Shown: one piece after another, positions 19,092 through 25,099 of the stretch
Position numbering within the stretch: the first letter of the stretch is position 1
Layout: each line of letters opens with the position of its first letter
Source: a virus
Lineage: Duplodnaviria > Caudoviricetes
IMG/VR virus record: IMGVR_UViG_3300025673_000019
Coordinates: 1-25,199 of that record
Strand: one strand, 5' to 3'
Length of the DNA stretch: 25,199 nt
Made by a program: the position numbers and the translations under genes
The notes under the pieces: generated by a model
What the model saw: only the letters and a program-made list of their open reading frames with translations
The model's database searches: none
Told to the model about the DNA's origin: nothing

Positions 19092-19532
19092 ATGCTTGCG
19101 GAGTTGATGGTGGCTAATGCCGCTTTCGCAGTGCTTAAAGAAAGCTTCCAAGTGGGCAAGGATATAGTTGATTGCTCTGAGCACCTTGGTATCTGGTCAG
19201 AGAAATCCAGAGAGATTACAGCGCAAGCCAAGAACAAGAAAGGTGGTGGTAAAGAGTCAGATTTAGAATTGTTCATGGCGGCTGAGAAAGTCAAAAATCA
19301 GCGTGAAGAATTGGAATATATCATGCGCTCCACCAGATTGAATATGTGGCAGGAGTTCATAGCCTTTGAATCCTCACAAGTCAAAGCCCGACGAAAGCAA
19401 CGAGAAAAAGAAGAACGTGAAAGAGTGAAGCGCACCGAATTTTTAATGACATGCTTTGCTTATTTTGTGGCATTTTTAATTCTTGCAGGGTCACTGTTTG
19501 GTGGTTTAAAACTCATTATCGGGATGAAATGA
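19092..19532 (+). CDS. Hypothetical membrane protein (C-terminal TM helix)
   Basis: Charged helical body with C-terminal hydrophobic 'FLMTCFAYFVAFLILAGSLFGGL'. Begins the lysis region. Confidence 0.7.
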   Translation: MLAELMVANAAFAVLKESFQVGKDIVDCSEHLGIWSEKSREITAQAKNKKGGGKESDLELFMAAEKVKNQREELEYIMRSTRLNMWQEFIAFESSQVKARRKQREKEERERVKRTEFLMTCFAYFVAFLILAGSLFGGLKLIIGMK

Positions 19533-19533
19533 A

Positions 19534-19758
19534 ATGCCAACACCAGAGCAATGCGCTGTAACCGACACGAAAATAACTGGCATAGATAGGGAGATTATAG
19601 CAATGAGGGTGCGGCAAGACAGGCTCGATGAACGACTAGACGCTATCACATCATCAGTCAACGATTTGAAAACGATGGTGGCTCAAGTTCGTGCGTTTGT
19701 TGCGGCATTAGCTGTTTTGTCTATTCTGCCAGATTCGATTTTAGACATTTTGAAGTGA
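19534..19758 (+). CDS. Coiled-coil plus TM protein, holin-like (XhlA-type architecture)
   Basis: Heptad 'RQDRLDERLDAITSSVNDLK' followed by hydrophobic 'AFVAALAVLSILP'. Confidence 0.55.
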   Translation: MPTPEQCAVTDTKITGIDREIIAMRVRQDRLDERLDAITSSVNDLKTMVAQVRAFVAALAVLSILPDSILDILK

Positions 19759-19869
19759 GTGTATTTCGCCCATCACTATCCAATATTGTTGGCTTTTCTT
19801 GGTATTGCTTACACCATGTTTTTATTAGGTCATGTGATGCACTTATTCATGATTGAGGTTTTCAGTTGA
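19759..19869 (+). CDS. Putative 36-aa single-TM peptide
   Basis: GTG start directly after the previous TGA: MYFAHHYPILLAFLGIAYTMFLLGHVMHLFMIEVFS*. No clear SD. Confidence 0.45.
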   Translation: MYFAHHYPILLAFLGIAYTMFLLGHVMHLFMIEVFS

Positions 19870-19985
19870 AAGCGTATTGGCGTTTCTTTGTAGAAGTGGT
19901 TTTTTATATTGGACTCGCAATTCTAGGAAGTTCTCTTGCGGTTTGGATTTTGCAAAATATTTTTGAGGTGTTTTTTTATGGATAA
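19866..19985 (+). CDS. Putative 39-aa single-TM peptide
   Basis: GAGG SD at 19855 and TTGA start/stop overlap: MKAYWRFFVEVVFYIGLAILGSSLAVWILQNIFEVFFYG*. Confidence 0.55.
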   Translation: MKAYWRFFVEVVFYIGLAILGSSLAVWILQNIFEVFFYG

Positions 19986-20718
19986 AAATCGTGCTTATGA
20001 AATGGCGTTGCTTTCTGAGAGGGCATATCTGCCGCTCAATGAATTTCAGCAACTACACACGGACAGGCGGTTTAGCTTCCACTCTGTTTTTTATAACCAG
20101 TTTTATACCGTCTGGACAGCAACAGAATTAATCTTTGTTTTTCGCGGAACGGAAATAACCGATTTTTCAGATGTTAAAGCCGATTTGAAATTTAGGCTAA
20201 CACCAGTTACATCAGACAATGAAGCTGGCAAGGTGCATCGAGGGTTTAAGAAATCACTGGATATGGTTTGGGAATCGCTGATGGAAGATTACAACCGATT
20301 GTGTGATGGTCGGCACGTTATATTTACAGGTCATTCGCTGGGGGCGGCAATGGCAACTTTAGCCTTTAGTCGGTTTGATAGCTATGGTGCTGAACTCTAC
20401 ACGTTCGGTTCACCTCGCGTTGGCAATGCCGATTATGCGGCGGTGCTGAACTTCAAGCACAGGGAGCGAATTTTCAGATTTCGAAATCATAACGATATTG
20501 TTACACGGCATCCCATGTCGTTCTGGAGTTATCGTCATGTCGGGATGTGTTTTTACTTTGATGGTGATGGTGCTTGCGTAACAAATCCAAGTTTCTGGCA
20601 TCGGTTAAGACAGTTTTGTGCTGGTATGTTTGAGGGTTTTTTAGACAAGAAAATTGATTCACTTGCTGACCATTCAGTTAGCAATTATGTTCGCTTAACA
20701 AAGGAGTTAGATAAATGA
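19978..20718 (+). CDS. Class 3 lipase (alpha/beta hydrolase)
   Basis: FRGT, VHRGF, nucleophile elbow TGHSLGA, YTFGSPRVGN, NDIV (Asp) and DH (His). GAGGTG SD supports ATG 19978. Confidence 0.93.
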   Translation: MDKNRAYEMALLSERAYLPLNEFQQLHTDRRFSFHSVFYNQFYTVWTATELIFVFRGTEITDFSDVKADLKFRLTPVTSDNEAGKVHRGFKKSLDMVWESLMEDYNRLCDGRHVIFTGHSLGAAMATLAFSRFDSYGAELYTFGSPRVGNADYAAVLNFKHRERIFRFRNHNDIVTRHPMSFWSYRHVGMCFYFDGDGACVTNPSFWHRLRQFCAGMFEGFLDKKIDSLADHSVSNYVRLTKELDK

Positions 20719-20930
20719 CTTTCCCACGATATTTTATCTGGTCGCTGATTATCATGATGATGATTCCATTGCTGACCGCTTGTTCAGTCGGCACAACTAT
20801 CGCGCATGGTGCTGACTATGCCGTGAGCCGTTATTGCGATATTCCAAAAGGTGCGCGTTCTGCGGTTCGTAAAACTGTCGCCACAACTGTCGCGCCAAAC
20901 TCAATCCAGATAATTTGCGCTAATGACTAA
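20715..20930 (+). CDS. Small lipoprotein
   Basis: AAGGAG SD, hydrophobic signal and lipobox LTAC. Two further Cys in the mature part. ATGA overlap with the lipase. Confidence 0.8.
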   Translation: MTFPRYFIWSLIIMMMIPLLTACSVGTTIAHGADYAVSRYCDIPKGARSAVRKTVATTVAPNSIQIICAND

Positions 20931-21336
20931 AAATAATACGGTCGAAGAATACATAAAAGCCAATGAGGGTTTGCGGCTCATGCCTTATCAAGATTCGCTT
21001 GGTTTAACAACCATCGGTTATGGGCGGTGCTTGGAAACTAACGGCATCACGCAAAATGAAGCGGATATGTTATTTGCAAATGACATGAATATTGTGGCTG
21101 ATGAGTTGCGTAAGATATTCACCGACTTTGACAGCTTACGTTATAGCCAGCAAAAGTGCCTGATGGATATGTGTTTTAACTTAGGTTCAACACGGTTGCG
21201 GCGGTTTAAAAAGATGATAGCCGCCATCGAAGCTGGTGACTTCAATGAAGCGGCTGTTGAGTTGCTTGATAGCAGATACGCAAGGCAGTTACCAAGACGC
21301 GCTGGCGACAATGCTATTCTGATGCGTTTAGTTTAG
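20923..21336 (+). CDS. Endolysin, GH24 (T4-lysozyme-like) muramidase
   Basis: E-x8-D-x5-T triad in 'EGLRLMPYQDSLGLTTIGYG', with 'DMCFNLG' and 'FKKM...LDSRYARQ'. No SAR or signal sequence. Confidence 0.95.
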   Translation: MTKNNTVEEYIKANEGLRLMPYQDSLGLTTIGYGRCLETNGITQNEADMLFANDMNIVADELRKIFTDFDSLRYSQQKCLMDMCFNLGSTRLRRFKKMIAAIEAGDFNEAAVELLDSRYARQLPRRAGDNAILMRLV

Positions 21337-21469
21337 CCACCAACGCTTTCACCTCATCCCAATGCTCTGGTTTAATCCATATTTTCTTATGCACTAATCC
21401 CTGTGCCTTGTGCTTGGCATAAGATGTTTGTTGGTGCTTACGGTTATTCTCTGGGGTGTTTTTAGCCAT
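21314..21469 (-). CDS. Small basic DNA-binding protein, ribbon-helix-helix / antitoxin-like (51 aa)
   Basis: Hand translation MAKNTPENNRKHQQTSYAKHKAQGLVHKKIWIKPEHWDEVKALVAKLNASE*. GAGGA SD and TAATG coupling. 'GLVxxxIWIxPE' strand followed by a helix. Confidence 0.65.
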   Translation of the reverse strand: MAKNTPENNRKHQQTSYAKHKAQGLVHKKIWIKPEHWDEVKALVAKLNASE

Positions 21470-21648
21470 TATGATTCCTCTAACACTTCAACAAGAATCC
21501 CTGTTTTTTCAATTGGGAAACCGTTTTCATCGTGTAGGTGAACGTTCACACGCTCCCCAATAAATGCATCAGCGTGTTGCCCATCTATGCTGTCATCTGT
21601 GATAGTGCCAACAGTGCCGTTATCTAGTAAGCAATTGTATGTTTTCAT
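21469..21648 (-). CDS. Small acidic hypothetical protein (59 aa)
   Basis: MKTYNCLLDNGTVGTITDDSIDGQHADAFIGERVNVHLHDENGFPIEKTGILVEVLEES*, with GGAGA SD. Confidence 0.75.
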   Translation of the reverse strand: MKTYNCLLDNGTVGTITDDSIDGQHADAFIGERVNVHLHDENGFPIEKTGILVEVLEES

Positions 21649-21666
21649 GATTTATTCTCCGTTAAT

Positions 21667-21684
21667 GAGGGGCTTTCGCCCCTC
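21667..21684. promoter_or_regulatory. GC-rich intergenic hairpin (GAAA tetraloop on the minus strand)
   Basis: GAGGGGC-GAAA-GCCCCTC on the minus strand; no clean U-run on either strand. Confidence 0.6.
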
Positions 21685-21694
21685 TGGTTAGTGG

Positions 21695-21988
21695 TTATCT
21701 AGCTGCCATCAGCTTGTCGAAGATTCTGCTTTTTTCTTCGTTGTAATCTTTCCACGCTTCAAAGTTCAGTGGCTTAATTGAATTAGCTTTTAACTCAGCC
21801 ACATACTCAAGATAAAGGGGATAATCTTCATCTTGCGCTTTCTCAACCTCTCTTTTTATCTGCTCTAATCTATCAATCATGTTGTTGATAGTGAGTAATC
21901 CAACGTCTTGTTTATTTGACACAGTTGATTGACGCTCTGCGTGTGAACTGATTCTTTTTAGTTGGTTTCTGATTTCTTGTGTTGTCAT
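21695..21988 (-). CDS. Hypothetical protein, first gene of the leftward operon
   Basis: GGAGA SD, 97 aa, located just downstream of a sigma70 promoter. Confidence 0.75.
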   Translation of the reverse strand: MTTQEIRNQLKRISSHAERQSTVSNKQDVGLLTINNMIDRLEQIKREVEKAQDEDYPLYLEYVAELKANSIKPLNFEAWKDYNEEKSRIFDKLMAAR

Positions 21989-22020
21989 GATTTTCTCCGC
22001 TTTTTGTTGATGTCAGGTAC

Positions 22021-22049
22021 AGTATACTACTTAGTCCTAAGTAATACAA
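22021..22049 (-). promoter_or_regulatory. Sigma70-type promoter with a palindromic operator in the spacer
   Basis: Minus strand TTGTAT-17 nt-TATACT. The spacer holds TACTTAG-NN-CTAAGTA (22028-22043), with an AT-rich UP-like tract upstream. Confidence 0.8.
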
Positions 22050-22089
22050 GCAATATAACACTTTTTATTGAAATAAATTTAGATGGAAG

Positions 22090-22205
22090 TAGGGGTATCC
22101 ATCTAATAATTGGGGTTAGATGCTTACCACACTTTTGCCTTAAATAATCACGCTAGGGGGTGTGCGTGATTTTCATAAACATACGGTCTAGGGGTATTCA
22201 TCTAA
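22090..22205. repeat. 17-bp direct repeat TAGGGGTATYCATCTAA, two copies 99 bp apart
   Basis: Copies at 22090-22106 and 22189-22205, with one mismatch. Confidence 0.8.
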
Positions 22206-22281
22206 ATTAAATATGGTAAAATCTAATTTCCATGCTGAGACGTATGGTGCAAAACTAAGAATTACGGTAACCGTTATTCCA

Positions 22282-22323
22282 GAAACCCGATTGCGTTGTC
22301 CGATGCTTTCGGGTTTTGCTTTT
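22282..22323 (+). terminator. Intrinsic terminator-like hairpin abutting the integrase stop
   Basis: GAAACCCGA...TCGGGTTTT followed by GCTTTT; possibly bidirectional. Confidence 0.55.
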
Positions 22324-23324
22324 CAAATATCTAAATCTTCAGCTTTTAAATTAATGTAACGCGACAAGGCGGCAGATGATTTATGCAAGCTGACCAGTTT
22401 TAATTGTTCAGACGATAATCCGCGTTCAGCTAAGATTGAAATACCGTGATGACGCAAATCATGAAAGCGCAAATCTTTGATGTTGAGGGCATGGCAAGCG
22501 CGTGTGAAATATGTGCCAAGCGTTTTGTAATGAAGTTTCGGAAATATAAATTCACTTTCTCGCGGCTGTTTGTTGATTATCTTCCGCGCTGACTTTGGCA
22601 AAGCGGCTCGCTTGGTTAACCCTTTCTGGCTTGGGTGCTTTAAATTGCGAACCAGAATAGTATTATTCTGAATATCATCCCAACGTAAACGTGTTATCTC
22701 AGACTGCCTACGAGTCGAATAAATCGCAAACCACATAATGTATAGCATATAAGGTGGAAAATGCCGTGAGAGTAGCCACATTTCCTCTGGGGTGGGTCTG
22801 CGTGTACGCTCCACAGACTTAGCAACCAATCTGGTGCTTTTTAACACTTTGCGAGCAGAATGAAACAGGGTTAAATCAACAACTAAAGAATCATCCACAG
22901 CTTGCATGGTGCTGATGACAGTCTGTAACCAAATCAGGTCAATATTAGCCGTTTGCGGTAAACATTCATCATTTCTACTCCTTATATATAGGACAACATC
23001 CGCGATGGTGAGCGCATTAACATCTATTTCGGCAATGGATGAACGTGCCAAACGGTTTAAATCACTGAGTTTTGAGCGTCCAGAAATGTTAAAGGTGTTT
23101 AAATAATTGTGGATAACTTTCTTGATTGGATAAGATGTTGTGCTGTGGTGGACAATGCCATGCTGGATTTCAGCCTGACGTTTAACCGCCCAATCTTTTG
23201 CAAGCTGATAACGTAGGAATGAACGCTTTTCACGATGGATAACACGCTTATTTTTAGTGATTTTTAGGGCGGCATCATAGATAATTACGCCATCGGAACG
23301 CTTGCGTTTGGTTATATGCGCCAT
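22323..23324 (-). CDS. int: Tyrosine recombinase, dusA-associated integrase type
   Basis: Catalytic R (RRQSEI), K (NLKHP), HxxR (FHDLRH), H (SLHKS) and Y (LSRY). N-terminus 'ITKRKRSDG...REKRSF...AKDW'. Adjacent to a dusA 5' fragment. Confidence 0.93.
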   Translation of the reverse strand: MAHITKRKRSDGVIIYDAALKITKNKRVIHREKRSFLRYQLAKDWAVKRQAEIQHGIVHHSTTSYPIKKVIHNYLNTFNISGRSKLSDLNRLARSSIAEIDVNALTIADVVLYIRSRNDECLPQTANIDLIWLQTVISTMQAVDDSLVVDLTLFHSARKVLKSTRLVAKSVERTRRPTPEEMWLLSRHFPPYMLYIMWFAIYSTRRQSEITRLRWDDIQNNTILVRNLKHPSQKGLTKRAALPKSARKIINKQPRESEFIFPKLHYKTLGTYFTRACHALNIKDLRFHDLRHHGISILAERGLSSEQLKLVSLHKSSAALSRYINLKAEDLDI

Positions 23325-23336
23325 TAATTAAATCAG

Positions 23337-23507
23337 TCATGGGGAATTTATGGGGAACGAGCCACATAAAATGGCACAAAATAAGGCTAAACAACAGTAA
23401 TATGCGTAATCAAATAAATCGGAAGGTATGTGTTGCACCGATGCTCGATTGGACGGATAAGCATTGCCAGAGTGCTTAATCAGCACTCATGGGGAATATA
23501 TGGGGAA
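23337..23507. repeat. attP region with 21-bp direct repeats (putative integrase arm sites) flanking the core
   Basis: TCATGGGGAATTTATGGGGAA (23337-23357) and TCATGGGGAATATATGGGGAA (23487-23507), exactly 150 bp apart. Each has two ATGGGGAA units 11 bp apart. Confidence 0.85.
23402..23479 (+). pseudogene. dusA: Phage-borne replacement 5' end of dusA (tRNA-dihydrouridine synthase A), containing the att core
   Basis: MRNQINRKVCVAPMLDWTDKHCQSA*. VAPMLDWTDxHC matches the conserved DusA N-terminal motif and the similarity stops after HC. Confidence 0.88.
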
Positions 23508-23932
23508 GTAGGTTTAAAAATAGCGTATTGAGCGAGTATGGTTTTCTTAACAATATATGCGGTTGCTTGTTTGGTTTCACCTTTGGGGGTGTAGGGAATC
23601 AGTTGTGGGGTGTGCTTGATAATTAAGAATTTCAATCGTTCTGTTTTTACCCAATAAATGCCGTCATGTACCACAAACACCCACCAATCTGCTTTCGTTG
23701 TGATTAATCCAGAATCTTTGCCACCAAAGCTAATCTCAACACAAACATTGCCAGTTTTTTCAGCTTTAATATCGTATTTAACCTCAATGGCTTGCTTTGT
23801 TTCTGGAACGAAAATATCATAATCTTTAAAATAACCGTCAATCATTAATGCTTTCGGATAGCTTGCTTGAATCGTTTTCAGCACCTTTCGCTCTACATCT
23901 TGACCAACCGCTAAATCATTCGCAAATGTCAT
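23480..23932 (-). CDS. PD-(D/E)xK nuclease-like protein
   Basis: 'GQDVE...DYDIF...IEVKYD...TGNVCVE...TKADWW'. Confidence 0.7.
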   Translation of the reverse strand: MTFANDLAVGQDVERKVLKTIQASYPKALMIDGYFKDYDIFVPETKQAIEVKYDIKAEKTGNVCVEISFGGKDSGLITTKADWWVFVVHDGIYWVKTERLKFLIIKHTPQLIPYTPKGETKQATAYIVKKTILAQYAIFKPTSPYIPHEC

Positions 23933-24387
23933 GCTGGTGCGCCTGTAACCACATTAAGCAAGGGTTTATCCCTGTCTGACTCGCGTGGTAATGATAAATC
24001 GGTTTCATCGTTCCAGCGCGATACAAGTTCAGAATCTTTTAAGTGCATTGATTCCGACAAACCAAAATGTTCTATAATTCTGCCGTAATCAACTGGGTCG
24101 TCTTTCCAATATGATGATGACCTGTTCTTCATCTCTACATCGCACGATTTACATGAGTCGCGCAAACCATCTGTCAGCCGCGCATCAAGCGTGAAACTTT
24201 TATCTCTTAGCTTAAACTTTCCGCATAATGAGCATTGTTTGCCAGTTTTGACAAGTTGTTGCTCTGCTGTGATTTTCCGACACCTGACGCACCAAGGCGA
24301 ATAACCATCTGGCGATGATAACTTGCGGTGGAAGAAAGCCACATTTTGAACTTCTTTGCAGTTAGTGCATTCCTTTTCAATTATCAA
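23929..24387 (-). CDS. Double zinc-finger protein (four CxxC)
   Basis: Two units of KxCxxC...F......DG....CxxC. TTG start overlapping the upstream TGA. Confidence 0.7.
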   Translation of the reverse strand: MIIEKECTNCKEVQNVAFFHRKLSSPDGYSPWCVRCRKITAEQQLVKTGKQCSLCGKFKLRDKSFTLDARLTDGLRDSCKSCDVEMKNRSSSYWKDDPVDYGRIIEHFGLSESMHLKDSELVSRWNDETDLSLPRESDRDKPLLNVVTGAPA

Positions 24388-24590
24388 GATGATGGCTCAG
24401 TTAGTTCTGGCGACACAACTTTATCAACAACTTCAGCCATCTTTTCTTCTGCATCTTTTAACGCTTTTCGATAACCGTTTTTATATCCTCGCGTGTATTC
24501 AGCATCGCTGACCTTGATAAATAACGCGTGATTTAATTCCAGTTGTTTTATCTGCACATCATCCATCCATTTGTAAATTTTCTTATCCAT
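24384..24590 (-). CDS. Hypothetical protein (68 aa)
   Basis: GAGGTGA SD before ATG 24590. 'YTRGYKNGYRKA' helix motif. Confidence 0.65.
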   Translation of the reverse strand: MDKKIYKWMDDVQIKQLELNHALFIKVSDAEYTRGYKNGYRKALKDAEEKMAEVVDKVVSPELTEPSS

Positions 24591-24792
24591 ATCAGTCACC
24601 TCGTTCAAGATTAAATGGAGGTTTGAGGGTTGTTCGAGCAACCCTCGCCCCTAGTTCTGATGGCGCATTCTCAAGGAACGTTATGAGGTTAAGAACCACC
24701 ATCCACTGCGGTTATCGAGGAACATAAACTCGCGCCACTCACAGTAATACGCGCACCATGCGCCCCTTTCAATAGCATGGATTTTGGGAGGG

Positions 24793-25089
24793 TTAAAACG
24801 GAATGTCATCATCAAATGTTTTTGCAACTGCTGGTTGCTGTTGTGGGGGTTGCGCTGGTGCTTGACCATTCTGTTGTCGCGGTTTCGGGTCAAACATCGA
24901 CACGATAATTGAATCACCACCGCGCTCATCTGGAACGCCAGCTGGGTTAAACCATTTGTGCATTAAGATAAATTTGCCACCATTATCTGATGACATTACC
25001 GCGCCTATATTCTGATAACGGTTCTTTTCTTCACCTTGTTGATTGGTATAACTGCCTGTTTTAACTGCTAAGTCATAAAGTTTTGCCAT
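24793..25089 (-). CDS. Small single-stranded DNA-binding-like protein
   Basis: GAGGA SD before ATG 25089. Beta-rich core, Gln/Pro linker and SSB-type acidic tip FDDDIPF. Confidence 0.7.
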   Translation of the reverse strand: MAKLYDLAVKTGSYTNQQGEEKNRYQNIGAVMSSDNGGKFILMHKWFNPAGVPDERGGDSIIVSMFDPKPRQQNGQAPAQPPQQQPAVAKTFDDDIPF

Positions 25090-25099
25090 TGTCTTTCCT

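Noticed and set aside
306-20601. Many minus-strand and alternate-frame ORFs inside the late operon (e.g. 1046-1435, 9066-9446, 15418-15798, 17694-18065)
   Set aside because: They shadow well-supported + strand genes and show no recognisable motifs.
21962-22147. 61-aa + strand ORF
   Set aside because: Runs across the leftward promoter and repeat cluster, has no SD and no protein-like features.
22092-22194. G-quadruplex from four GGGG tracts
   Set aside because: Loops of about 16, 40 and 30 nt are too long to be persuasive.
22295-22307. GTTGTCCGATGCT resembling the att core GTTGCACCGATGCT as a second att site
   Set aside because: Only 8 contiguous identities and no ATGGGGAA arm repeats nearby; compatible with chance.
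23337-23507. CRISPR-like reading of the 21-bp repeats
   Set aside because: Only two copies, 129 nt between them, no cas genes; they fit integrase arm sites.
24612-24680. tRNA-like element (GTTCGA on the + strand, CCTCCA end on the - strand)
   Set aside because: The two cues are on opposite strands, the loop is 6 nt rather than 7, and I could not build a cloverleaf.
24681-24929. 82-aa minus-strand ORF
   Set aside because: More than half overlaps the SSB-like gene in another frame and no supported start was found.
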